NCBI GenBank assembly: GCA_030390025.1
Contig: CM059431.1
Location: 111,726,001 to 111,790,000 of the forward strand
Length of the DNA: 64,000 nucleotides
Direction: 5' to 3'
Origin: Squalus acanthias
Taxonomy: Eukaryota
Shown: in pieces, positions 13,437 to 26,292 of the stretch
Numbering within the stretch: position 1 is the first letter of the stretch
How the letters are laid out: each line of letters opens with the position of its first letter
Notes under the pieces: generated by a model
What the model saw: only the letters and a program-made list of their open reading frames with translations
Told to the model about the DNA's origin: nothing
Database searches by the model: none
Position numbers and translations under genes: made by a program

Positions 13437-14077
13437 AAATGCCTGCCCCTCAATTCGGGTGTAGCGCTTAGAACACAAGGACCGAAAGAAAAGTCCACTG
13501 AGAATGTAAAAGTAAACTACAGGCATTACTTTACATAATTTATTTCCTTTGATCTATATTTATTCCCTTGTCTTTTAAGGTATTTCTCCTCCCCATCGAT
13601 GCATCAGTACCAGTGTCACTACTGAAGTGGCCATCCAGAGCTTTGCCAAACCACCATGGGTGACTCCTCCTGGTTTCCACATCTCACTACTCCATGGCAC
13701 AGCGCATCAGTACACCACTGTCCTGGTGCTATTGGGCTGCCATTGAAAGGCTGAATTAATAACATAACCGCATGGTACATACAAACGACAACGGCCATTC
13801 ACTACAAGAGCAAATAGGTTTCAGAAAAAGGGCTCTCACTGCTACCAACAACTAGTCTCATTCGAAGCAGCCTATGCTGTCTGCACACAACCAGAATGAA
13901 TTTGTCTATAATTACTTTCAATCAGACAGAGGGATGGCAGCTGTGCTCCTGTGGAGACCCGGAATTATGTAAAATACAGCTAGAATTCATCTGTGCACTT
14001 CCTGCAGCCAGAACAATAGGACCATCCAATGGATCAAACTGAGAAACAAAATAGCTTTCACATCTTGCCAGGGAACT

Positions 14078-14670
14078 TATAGAATCATAGAATGGTTACA
14101 GCACAGAAGGAGGCCATTTAGCCCGTCGAGCCTGTGCCAGCTCTCTGCAAGAGCACTTTAGCTAGTCCCACTCTCCCGCACTTTCCCCGTAGCCCTGCAA
14201 TTTGTTTCCTTCAGGTACTTATCCAATTCCGTTTTTAAAGCCACGACTGAGTCTGCCTCCTCCACCCTTTCAGACAGTGCATTCCAGATCCTAACCACTC
14301 GCTGCGTAAAAAAGCTTTTCCTCATGTCGTCTTTGGATCTTCTGCCAGTCACCTTAAATCTGTGTCCTCTGGTTCTCAACCCTTCCGCCAATGGGAACAG
14401 TTTCTCTCTATCTACTCTGTCCAAACCCCTCATGATTTTGAATACCTCTATCAAATCTCCTCTCAACCTTCTCTGCTCTAAGGAGAACAACCCCAGCTTC
14501 TCCAGTCTATCCACGTAACTGAAGTCCCTCATCCTGGAACCATTCTTGTAAATCTTTTCTGCACCCTCTGTAAGGCCTTTACATCCTTCCTAAGGTGTGG
14601 TGCCCAGAATTGGACACAATTACTCCAGTTGAGGCCGAACCAGTGTTTTATAAAGGTTCATTATAACTTC
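14078..14670 (-). mobile_element. CR1 3' fragment
   Basis: RLEKLGLFSLEQRRLRGDLIEVFKI...TRGHRFK and an ATAGAATC tail. Confidence 0.88.
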
Positions 14671-15215
14671 CGCACCATAAATATTTTGAGAAAATTGGTA
14701 TCCCTTTAAAGTCTGCAACTTTAGTAATGTCGTGAAAAATTTGAATCTTGGTACAGATTTGTGCAGGTCACCTCTTGTTAACTTGCCTACCACAGAGCTC
14801 AGTAACTACTATACAAGGACTGTTGACACCTTCTGATCATGTTCAGATAGCATACTGCTTATAACCAGACTATTATCAGTGGGAAGCAATGAGAGGCATA
14901 GTTGTTTTTCTCTAAAGCCTTTTTGTCCTAGTTATTAATTCCCTTAATGCAGCTCTTCAAATGCTCCTATTTCTCCACTAAAGTTAGTGATCTGCCCATC
15001 AGTGAAATTAGAATATCACAAACAGAACTCCTATAATTGTGAACATGAGGCTATCAGCCCCTTTTGTGGGGCAAGAACATGATCGGCAAACTACCACAGG
15101 TTACCCCACTCCTCTACACACGACCTCGCAGGTTACTCTCCTTTCAGCCAGCCAGGCTAACAGTAATGTGCACAGCAGCACAGTGCTCCCCATCCCCCTG
15201 CCTTCTGGAGGCTTA

Positions 15216-16112
15216 GGGGGAGAAATTCAGTATCGCCCCATTTGGGGCGCAATTATCGGCCGGGCGCAAAGTTTAGTGCCTGGCGCTAATTATCGCCTCC
15301 GACTGCAAACTTAGCATTTATCGCCCCTGGAGGTGATTGGAGCGCTAAATCAGGCGCTACACACCTGTCTTAAGGCGCAAATGCCGAGGAGCAAGGCGCT
15401 AACTCAGAGCGCGGGCGAAGCTCATGTGATGTCAGTCAGCAATGGAACACAGACACACTGGCGCCGGCCAGTTCTTAAAGGGGAGGGTTGATCTTGCTCT
15501 CCATCCACACCCTGCTCATTGCAGCCTTGAATTTCGGCCTGGAGAGACCTGTACATCAAATCTGCTGGAAAGAACAATGGAGAGAACCAGAGAAAGAGCT
15601 CAGAGTGCAGCCCCCACAATCTCTTCTAAATCGATGCAAGGAAGGTCAAATCAAAATGAACCTGCAAAGTGCTGCTCAGTACCCAAAACTTCTTCACACA
15701 GCGTTGAATCTCTCCCGAAGTCTCTCTCTCTCTCTCTCTCTCTCAGAATGCGTGGTGCAAAAATGACGCCGACAAAAAAGGCAGGAAGCGGTCGCCTTTA
15801 AATAGCGCTTTCCCAGTCCCTTCCCGACTGCAAAACGCTCCCCTCAACCTGTCGTTGCTAGCGGCAGGCGGTAAGGCAGGGGGCGCCACTCAATATCCGG
15901 TCCGGGGCGCTACCGGGGCGTTGCACGCTCGACTGACATCACGATCTGCGGGCGCAGGAGATCGTGGCGGTAGTGTTTAGCGCCGCCGCAAAATGTTTTT
16001 CAATTTTGCGAGTGGCGCAAACATCGCCGTGCCCGGACGCTAGTTGCTTTGCGCCCCATTAGTGCCCTCTTAGGGCGCTAACGGGAGGCGCTAAGCAACT
16101 GAATTTTTCCCC
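15216..16112. mobile_element. Harbinger-type MITE family A
   Basis: TIRs GGGGGAGAAATTCAG / CTGAATTTTTCCCC, TSD TTA/TTA, repeated GGCGCTA subterminal motifs, internal (CT)n. Inserted into an older repeat. Confidence 0.85.
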
Positions 16113-16224
16113 CTTAGACTCTTTCTGGGCTATGAATCCACAGATGCTGCCAGTCCGCCAGTACCTTGTCCATGTGGACATTCTTCACGTCGGAGTCCGA
16201 ACAGTGAGAAAGACCAACCCATTA

Positions 16225-16562
16225 TCATGATGGGTGTTGATAAGAGTAAACGAGGAGAAACTGTTTCCAGTGGCAGAAGGGACGGTTAGCAAAGGCAACT
16301 GGCAAAAGAACCAGAGGCGAGTTGAGAATTTTGTTTACGCAGCGAGTTGTTATGATCTGGAACGCGCTGCCTGAAAGGGCGGCGGAAGCAGATTCAATAG
16401 CAACTTTCAAAAGGGAATTGGATGAATACTTGAAAAGAAAAAAAAATGCCAGGCTGTGGGGAATGAGCACGGTAGTGGGATTAATTGGACAGCTCTTTCA
16501 TAGAGCCGGCACAGGCATGGAGGGCCGAATGGCCTCCTCCTGTGCTGTATCATTCTATGATT
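16225..16562 (+). mobile_element. CR1 3' fragment
   Basis: FTQRVVMIWNALPE, 3' UTR and ATTCTATG tail. Confidence 0.8.
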
Positions 16563-16857
16563 ACACCATGAAGGAGGGGGGGAGAAACAGGAAGATAATT
16601 ACAATCAAGCCTTAACATTCGCCAATGTCTAGACAGACATGCAGTTTTCAGAAAGAGTCACCAAATGGCATTGAGGAGCAGGAACAGTGGTCAATTTTGC
16701 CCTCAGTAACCTTGGGTTCCTGAAGTGTATTGTAGCACCCTACTGAAATCAGCTAATTCAGCACAGAACCCAAGAACTTACTGGTCTGTCGAACTCAAGG
16801 TCACAGCAAGTGGTGCGTTTACCCACAGTAACCTATTGGGCGGGGGAGGGGCCATAA

Positions 16858-17313
16858 GAAAGACTTGCATTTATATAGCGCCTTTCACGACTACCAGATG
16901 TCTCAAAGCGCTTTACAGCCAATGAAGTACTTTTTGGAGTGTAGTCACTGTTGTAATGTGGCAGCCAATTTGCGCTCAGCAAGCTCCCACAAACAGCAAT
17001 GTGATAATGACCACTAATCTGTTTTTAGTGATGTTGGTTGAGGGATAAATATTGGCCAGGACACCGGGGATAACTCCCCTGCTCTTCTTCAAAATAGTGC
17101 CATGGGATCTTTTACGTCCACCTGAGAGAGTAGACGGGGCCTCGGTTTAACGTCTCATCTGAAAGCCGGCATCTCCGACAGTGCAGCACTCCCTCAGCAC
17201 TGCACTGGAGTGTCAGCCTAGCTTTATGCGCTCAAGTCCCTGGAGTGGGACTTTGAACCCACAACCTTCTGACTCAGAGGCGAGTGTGCTACCCACTGAG
17301 CCACAGCTGACAC
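16858..17313 (-). mobile_element. tRNA-head, Deu-domain-type SINE with L2-like tail, full length
   Basis: A box TGGCTCAGTGG, B-box-like GGTTCAAAGTCC, conserved core (CTGGCCAATATTTATCCCTCAACC...GCTGTTTGTGGGAGCTTGCTG), tail GCGCTATATAAATGCAAG shared with L2. Confidence 0.85.
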
Positions 17314-19764
17314 TCAAATATTTATTTATAAATAATCTCACTCTGGTAATGTTTGCTGCCGTACTCTGCAATGATTTAAAGCATTAGTATAATTAACTTC
17401 TAAAAAGATTTTTGAGAAGTTTCGAAGTACTGTCTGCTCTGTTAACCGTCCTGCCCAGTGAAGAGTGATTAATCAGCAGGCACTGGTGAGAAGCAGTGCA
17501 GCCTCAATCACTATTTATAACTGTGAAACGATTGGAGGTCCAGGGCCCACGATGAGTTCTGTCACCTGACTTGCCAAGTACACAAGACTGCCAGAGCCGC
17601 TGTAAAATCATCTGTGGCAATAAATAGACTGTACTTCAGTGTCCTGGTAAATGCACTTGATTTACAGAGTGTGCAGGGCACAATCTTAACATAAGCAATT
17701 ATTTTTCTATCTAGGTTACTCTTCTGCTCAAGTACCAGAATGTGCTGACTTTCGTCTTCTGTAGCTGCTGGCCACAGCATCAGACACAAGAAACCCTGCG
17801 CGCTGCTACTCTCAGTCATTTTTTTTAAGCTTTAACTGCCACTTTACTGTCTGTCCCTATCACACCACTGAAGTGTGGTGTCTTTTACCCATGAGAGGAA
17901 GGGGTTAAAATTTAGATCACAAACAGCTGACGTTATTCCTGCTGAACAAACAGATCTCCGTGTGCAGTTGGCCCAAGAAACGCTGCTTCTGTAAGGGACA
18001 GAATTACCTCCAAAATGAGAACGAGCAAAGAATGGAGTACAATTGAATGTAACCCCCTGTTCCTGTTCAGGCTTTCTCCCCCAATACCTTTACTCTGTGT
18101 TCAAGGCTAGACTGTAGTTACCATCAGGACGCCAAGGTCCTTATGAGCCAAGACATGCATCTTCTCCATCACCGTGTATGGGAGCAGGCCCAAGTTTAAC
18201 TATTAACCCCGAATCACAGTAAACTGTTCACTGGAGAACACCGGAGAGGTTCACCGTGTTCTCCCATCGCTTCCAAAAATGGAAAGTAGCAAAATCGCCA
18301 AGCCGATGCGTACAAGCTAAAACTACTGAGTCATATTTGTTTGCATGTGAAACAATACAAGAAGAGGCACAGTGGGATACTAAAAGTACAATAACCACGC
18401 AATATATAGGGCTACATTCTGCGAGACTCCATGCCAGAAGGTGGGCCCTCACACAATGGGCAGCTTATTGGAAAGTCGCAAGTGCACTGCCATCTGATAG
18501 ACCGCCCACTGTGTGCGATGCCCTGCAGATGGTGTGGGATCTTTGCCCATAAGCTGTTTCAACACGAAAAAAAAAGAGGAAGTACTAAATCCTTGTAGAC
18601 CATTTGAACAACTTGAGTTACGGAATGTGCTGAAAGTTGCCTGGAAGAGGACCCTCATAGTGTCTACACTTTGCCCCTCTGACGTGTAGAAGCAAAGCAA
18701 AGCGGAGGGATCTGACGAGAAAGTCTGCGAGTTTTAAGACTTGATGATCCAACGATTTCCTCTCGATTGCCTGATCATTCAAACCGTAGCAATTTTTAAC
18801 AGTCGGTAGACAGAGTGTGCACTGAGGCGTTCTGGCTGTCTAGCAGACTAAATAATCGGTATTTGACATCTGACAAGAATTGCTAACACAACCTTTTCTG
18901 GATCGTTGAAACGGATTCCGCATATCAACGACCTCTCGCCCTTCAAAGAGCTTATAATTTGATTACCTTCAAAACAAAAACTCTTGGCGCTGCGGCTCAT
19001 GGTGCGGGGGTGTGGGAGGAGTGTGCACAGTGGCTGGCAGATTTGGAAAGAATTTTGCGAGAGACAGGCGCAGCGTCAGTGAAGCAAATGTTGTTCCTCG
19101 CTTTCTGAAAAATATGAGCCAACGAGGCATTTTTGTGCAACAGATACATCACCGATGTGATCAACACATGCTCGATGCGACACTTATTTCTCGCTACATA
19201 AATATATATGTATACAATATGAAAATAAATAAAGGTCTTGCTATAGTGCACAGCCATCACACCTCAAAGTGTCACACTTGAAAGTGTATGTCACACTGAT
19301 TAGATAAAAATAATATTTTTCTTAAAACTTTTCTCTAGATAGAGAAGGGCATTTTTGGCAGCTCCGCTCCTGGAATGAGTACAGTAGTTGACCCTAGCAG
19401 TCACTGGAAGAGCGGGAACATGCGGGAGAAATTACTGGGATACTCCCTGGCAATGGACTTGCCACAGCTGCAACAACCCTAGTCCAACAAATAATGATTG
19501 ACTGTGTATTTATTTAATCCATTTCCATAGCCGTTTAATCAGTGAGTTCGCTGAATGGTCCCGCTTTATAGGAATAATCAATACTTCAGGATTTATTTAT
19601 TTGAAAGTTTTTGCCAGATTTATAAGGCGGCAATATAATAAGTTTGTTTTGCTTTGGTCTGCAGTTGCTGGCTAGAGTGCACAGCTTATTCCCATTTTTT
19701 CCCCCGAATCATTTTGAAGGGATGTTCCTGTAAAATAAAAATCTTGCTTTGTAAGAACCAGGAA

Positions 19765-20052
19765 TAAGAACATAAGAAATAGGAGCAGGAGTAGGCCATT
19801 CGGCCCCTCGAGCCTGCTCCACCATTCAATGAGATCATGGCTGATCTTCTGCCTCAACTCCATTCACCGGCCCTATCGAATGATGTGCAACCTAGAATTT
19901 ACATTCCCAGGTGCCTTTTGTAGCCCTGTGATTTTGGAATTCATAGAATCTTACAGCACGGATGGAGGCCACTCGGCCCATTGTGCCTGTGCCAGCTCTT
20001 TGAAAGAGCTCTCCAATTAGGCCTACTCTTTCCTTATAGCCCTGCAAATTTT
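19765..20052 (-). mobile_element. Two short CR1 3' tails of different subfamilies (19765-19865, 19935-20052)
   Basis: CATAAGAA and CATAGAAT tails, each with a GGCCA(T/C)TCGGCCC stem-loop region. Confidence 0.75.
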
Positions 20053-20317
20053 TACCTGGAATAACTGTCTTCTTTCATCTTTGATGTCATCCTAGTAAAT
20101 CTTGACTGTGCATTTGTCATGGCACCAAGATTCTTCCAATAATCGAGCATCCAAATCTGCACATACTATCTGTGGCCTAATCAATGCCTTATACAGATTT
20201 GCAATCACTTGGATTTTGTATTCAATGCCCGTACGTATGCTTTGCAATGGCTATTTTTACCTGCAATCCTGAAGAACCACCGAAGGTTACAGCACAGGAG
20301 GAGGCCATTGAGCACAC

Positions 20318-20790
20318 GAGCCCGGATTTTAACTCCCAACAGACCAGCCCGCCGCAGCACGAGGCCTTGAGAAATTTGAACTCATCTGTGTGCACACTCC
20401 CGCCCCCCGCCCCCCCAAAATCAGTGTCCTGCCCGAGCCTGGCAGGAAGTGCTAGCTGGCCGGCAGGAGGGAGTGGGGATTTTGGGCATCGGGATTCAAC
20501 CATCAGGGACCTGAAGGAACGATCGCCGGCAGGTGGGTAAGGGCTTAGGAGGACGGTCAGGAGGGCATTGCGGTCAGGGGGGGGGTGGGAAGCCTGGGGG
20601 CAATGTTGCATTGGGCAGGGGATGCCCAAGATTCCCTGGTGGGGCTGGGAGGAGCACTCCCGCTCCTCCTGACCCACAAGGGAACAAAAAATTAAAAGCT
20701 ACTTAATTTCCTGGGCCTCTTCTGGCCCCGGATCCGTTTGCCGGCGGGTTTTACTGGCAGGTCCGACACTGGGCGGGACTGCCCCAATAT
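20318..20790. mobile_element. Degraded GC-rich TIR-element remnant
   Basis: Starts GAGCCCGGATTTT, similar to the Harbinger terminus. May continue past the family B MITE to ~21730. Confidence 0.4.
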
Positions 20791-20815
20791 TTAGTTATCT
20801 TTGTATCGGGACACT

Positions 20816-21578
20816 GGCCCAAAAATTCGGCTGAATACGGGAGAGTACGAACTGTGTACTCTCGCGTATTCGGTCCCGAAGTGCCGGTTTCCTGCATGCA
20901 CTGCGCATGCGCGGGAAACCGGCACTTCCGATATGGCGAAGGGGGCGGTTCCTAAGTGAACCGCATGCGCACTATAGGCTGTGCGCACGCAGCGCACTTA
21001 GGTTTTTTTTCAGGTTTGAACGCGAAGGTAAGTGTTGAAGATTTTACACATGAAGAAAGCAGGCGTAAGACCCCCTTTTAACAAGGTAAGTAGTTGATTA
21101 AGTATTATTTTTAATTTTTTCAACAGGTTTATCTTTTTTAGAGACTTTAAAGAAAGGTAAGTTTATTTTTATAACTTTTAAAAAGAATTTAAATTTTTTC
21201 AAAAATTAAAATTTTTGTTTAAAGTGGTTAATTTATTTAACTATAGTTATTTTATTAATGTGATGGCTTTTTTTTAAATTTATTTGAGGTTTAGCTGTTC
21301 TTTTGGGGGCAATTTGTATTCATAGTTTTGACAGTTCTCCTGTCAAATCTATGAATGAAAGATGGTGTGTTGCCATTGGCTCTCCATGGCCCACGTGATC
21401 CCAGAGGTCGCATCGAACTAACTGCGCCTCTGGGACACGCACACACTGCGCGCCGGCACCAGGGAGAGGCCCGGGACCCGAAGTTCGTGTGGGCCTGAAA
21501 CACAACGGCAGGCGCGGTAGGTAAGATCGCGCGCAATCCTTACCCCTGCGGCAAGCTGGAGAGGCCAATTTCTGGGCC
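20816..21578. mobile_element. Harbinger-type MITE family B
   Basis: TIRs GGCCCAAAAATT / AATTTCTGGGCC, flanks ACT/ATT, AT-rich core. Full-length homology to 31246-32009. Confidence 0.85.
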
Positions 21579-22087
21579 ATTAATCTTTATGTATTCACGG
21601 GGCCCTGCCTGCCTACAGAAAGCACCTCAGCTGCCTCTGAAAAGTGCGAGGTTAATATGAAGGTGGATAGGAGTGCGTCTGGTAGCCTGAGGCAAGTACT
21701 TTTCCACCATTTTAACCAGCCGCCCACTCCCATCAAGCTAGTCAACTTGATGGTTCTAATTTGTCATTAAACAACAGGACGCTGGTTCCAACAGTCTGTC
21801 CAGTCACAGGGTAACAGCACACGGAGAGATATCCATTCAGGCACAGCTAGAACTGACTGTATCCCAAGCATGCAGACCTTGACATTTACACGCTGCTATA
21901 ATAGGGCTTTTGTAAAGCTCAAACCAACCTCAGCTGAAGAGAAATCCTTAACGATAACAGACTTTTACAAAAACATAATCCGCTCAATCACACAGCTTTG
22001 CGAATATAAAAACAAGGTTTGACACCAAGTTGTTTCCGGGAAGGTTTTTCATGTAACGTGCATGTTACTACAAGTCAACCCAGTTCA

Positions 22088-22335
22088 TCACAACAACTTG
22101 CATTTATATAGCGCCTTTAATGTAGTAAAACATCCCAAGGCGTTTCACAGGAGCGAGAGGAGAGAAAACTTGACACCGAGCCACATAAGGTGATATTAGG
22201 ACATTTGGTCAAAGAGGTAGGTATTAAGGAGCCTCTTAAAAGGGCGAGAGAGAGGTAGAGAGGTGGAGAGGTTTGGGGAGGGAGTTCCAGGGCTAGGGCC
22301 TAGACAGCGGAAGGCATGGCCGCCAATGGTGGTGT
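22088..22335 (-). mobile_element. L2 LINE 3' fragment
   Basis: Homologous to 5070-5320. Confidence 0.8.
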
Positions 22336-23559
22336 AGGAAATGGATGAGCTTCAATAGACTGTGCGACCTTTTCTCTTATATTCTTAAATGGCCACTAAC
22401 ACCTGTTACGTTGCATCATTTATTTTGGCTGTGTTGCTGCAGGTAGATGGGATGTGGAAATTATTCCATATCCATGAGATAACAGCCTGACCAGAAAACT
22501 AACAGCCGTCCACTGCTACCAACAGCAGAGAACGCTCGCTGTAACCGCAGCAACTCTCATCCTCGTTGTTGGCTCGTTCTCCATAAAGTACTGAACAAAC
22601 AAACTCCTGCTGTCCTTCACATGGAACTCACTGAATCAAAATCAAATCAAGTATTACAAACCTCCACAGCAACCAGCTGGTGTAGGGGTCACTTCACTGC
22701 CAATCTGTGCGCACAACAAGGTCCCACAAACACAAACCGTGTGATAATGACCAGATAAACTGTTTTTAAGGTATTAGTGGAGGGATAAATATTGGCCAGG
22801 GCACTGGGTACCCTCCACGGCCACTGCCCGCTAACTGATGATATCCATTACACGTGGCAATCATCACTATTACTAAAGGATTCTAAGGTGCAACTTTATT
22901 ATATTTAACAGCCATCCAAAAAAAGCCCACCACCAAATCAGATCAAAGGGTAACTTGTTTTTAATAACTATGATATAAATAGACCACTTGCACAGCCAGT
23001 TGTTTAATATGGTGCGAGTTTCTTGCGCGAGGGAAACTTGCAATCACTGTTTATTCTTTCTTTTCCTCACCCCAGGCTTCAGCTTGTGCCAAAAGAAGGC
23101 ATGCAAAAAGGAGATAGCGGCCCAGGTGGATCTCTTGTGATTTTTATCCTCTTTCCCTCTAGGGATGCACCTGGCCTCTTGCTTGGTGTCTCACCGTGGT
23201 GGCATAGCGGAGAACCAGATCTCACCAGGCAGGGCTGTCACGGAGCGATATCGCAGCCAGAAGCCACCTCACCAGGCCACACGGCACCGACAAGCTATCT
23301 CGTGAAAAAAGAAGCCTCAAGGCACATCATTACACGACGCAGTGTCCACATGCTGCTTTACTGAACCACACAGCACCCACAAGGGACCTCACTGCCAACC
23401 TCAACATTAACCCTGGTGTTAGAGATTCGTTTCGACTATCCTAATTGGTGAAGTGACCTTATTTTCATTCCATATTGGCAATTATGTTACGACTGAAAAA
23501 ATTAATGCTACCTTTATGCCTCAGTACCAGTGTCACTACTGAAGTGCCACCTAGGTACT

Positions 23560-23877
23560 ATCTTTCGGATGAGAGGTTAAACCAAGGCCCCGTCTGCTCT
23601 CTCAGGTGGATGTAAAAGATCCCATGGCACTATTTTGAACAAGAGCAGGGGAGTTCTCCCCGGTGTCCTGGCCAATATTTATCCCTCAACCAACATAACA
23701 AAAACAGATTATCTGGTCATTATCACATCGCTGTTTGTGGGAGCTTGCTGTGCACAAATTGTCTGTCACGTTTCCTACATTACAAACAATGACTATATTT
23801 CAAAACTACTTAATTGGCTGTAAAGCACTCTGGGATGTTCTGAGGTCGACAAAGGCGCTATATAAATGCAAGTTCTT
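23560..23877 (+). mobile_element. Same SINE family, 5'-truncated
   Basis: Core and tail homology. Confidence 0.8.
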
Positions 23878-24655
23878 GTTTTCATGAAGATCAGTCAGAA
23901 CATCTGGTAACTATCGTGATCTTTGCTGGAATTGTATAATTTGAAATTCAGGAGTCCAACTTAAGTTTAGATAAGCAAAGTTTTGACCCTGGCTGTTGGC
24001 ATTGTGCATGAGTAAATGTGTCCTAGTGATGGAGAGGTGGAAAAAGATCATAATAAAGCATATAATGGGAAATTTGCTCTATGAAGCTATTCTCTATTGT
24101 TATTGTGCATCTAGGGAACTGTTAAACTATACACGCCATTAAGAACCCAGATCCGAAGGCTGGTTGTGTTGAGTTCGCTGGGCAGCTGTAATTGACCTCA
24201 AGATCCCTGGGTCAGAGCGGAGAAAAGTCAACCAGGATGATCATCATCACATGAGGACGGTGCCCCTGCAGTCAAACAACCTGCCAACACTCAACTGTTG
24301 AAGTTCTCTCACAAATAATCACCATCTGGGCAAGGTACTAGAGGGTGCCTTAGAAGCTCAACCCACAAGAGGTCAAGAAAGCAGGAAGAAAATCAATGAA
24401 TAACAAATGTCCTCAGACTTGGCCTCAGTAACAATCCCATAGCGCCAATGTTGTGATGTCTCAAGTACTTCTTACTGACATTTATACTTAAAAAGTGCTA
24501 AAGACATGTCTATTTAGCAATCCAGATTAACTTTCAAGAGTCCTTGCACACAATCCACAATCTCTTACCAAGAACATGCATCACCTGAGAGGGATGAGTA
24601 CAAATCAATTCATTTTCCAGATTTATCCGTGGGCGATTTTTTTTTTGGTTGCCCA

Positions 24656-24935
24656 ACATAGAATCATACAGCACAGAAGGAGGCCATTCGGCCCTTCGTG
24701 CCTGTGCCGGCTCTTTGAAAGAGCTCTCCAATTCGTTCCACTCCCATGCTCTTTCCCCATAGCCCTGCAGTTTTTTGCCCCTTCATGTATTTATCTTTTG
24801 AAAGTTACTATTGAATCTGCTTCTATCGCCCTTTCAGGCAGCGCATTCCAGATCATAACAGCTTGCTGCATAAAAAAAAATTCTCCTCATCTCCCCTCTG
24901 GTTCTGAAATCTGTGTCCTCTGATTACCCACCCTT
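24656..24935 (-). mobile_element. CR1 3' fragment
   Basis: CATAGAATCATACAGCACAGAAGGAGGCCATTCGG tail and ORF2 end. Partial second copy at 32898-33066. Confidence 0.8.
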
Positions 24936-26292
24936 TGGAAAAAAAAGCCAAAAATTAGCATTACCTTGCCACATAAAATTCAAAAGGACTATTAAAAGCT
25001 GGGAACCAAGGGGCTTTTTTTCATTGTGCCCACTCCCCCCGGAACACATTTTGAGTCCCTCTTTCTTAAAAAGTAAACCACGCAAATAAAAAAAATCCAA
25101 GGCACCACCTGAAAGTGTAACATTTCAGTGAGGGAATTGCAAAACTGGTAAAATACTTAATGCTCCACTATTGGTCTACTGTATCCAGCAAGAACATTTC
25201 AATCATACTAATGAGGCGCACATCTGCATCAGGGCACAGAGCAGTGCACAGCCGCAGAAAACCGTACAAAATAGAGCGGGGCAATCACCTTGGATGTCAC
25301 AGGAGGTGCAGTTTTTTGAGAAGAGGCCTCTGCTTTACCTTTTTGCCTTCGGTGGCTACACAATGGGGGAAAAAAACCTTCAACTGTAAAAGGTCACTTT
25401 TATTATTAACTGTAATCAGATCCAGTTAATGTTTGGTTCGTATGGCTCAGCACTCTGTGGCATGCATTTACATTTTACTGGCATATTCAGCAATGACTGT
25501 TTGCATACCAGCTCAGCATGAACTAGGGAAAACACTCAGGACTTCAAATCAATGGAGAGAGAAAAAATAGTCCGTTTCAAGAAGGGGTTTAAAATTGAAG
25601 TAAATATAGATAACTACAACGCTTGAATTGACGCAGCACTTTAATATGCTGTCGAAGTGACTTTTTTGGGGGGTGAGGTAACTATCATGGAGGCATTAGA
25701 GAGAGAACCTTGCGACTGGAGCCCCTTTATAAATTCACGATATCACTTACAACTACAATTCTCTTTGACGTCATTTGTTTTTCCGTAGCTTTGTTCTAAA
25801 AAAAATTGTAATTTAATTTCCTTTCACCATAAAACAGTGCATGACGGCATCATCAACCACATTGTGTGGCAGTATCTCCTGGTCCGAAGTGTTAAAGGAG
25901 ATACTGACGTCAGTAGAAATTAATTCATTAATCCAGAGCACTTCAGCAAGTGTGTCATTTCCAGCCGGTTTGACTAATTCAGCTCCTTGGCACCCGTCTG
26001 GCTTAATAACTCCAACAAATCAGTTACACTAGACCCAGTGTTTATTCCCGTTGAACTTTCAATATATTTAAACAGCAAAATAAACAAAAGAATGTTCATT
26101 ATGTCTCTTTCAACAGTTTGGTTTCTAAAATACCAATAAAGAACTTTACTCTTTAAGAACAAGCTCCACTACATCTCAAGTGGCAAGGCAAGTGTGCTTG
26201 ACTCACATCCATTAGACTCCAGTGCTGCCTATGGTTCAGGCTTAGCTCAATGGTTCTCTTACTCTTAGTATGGCCACTGGAAGGAACATCCT

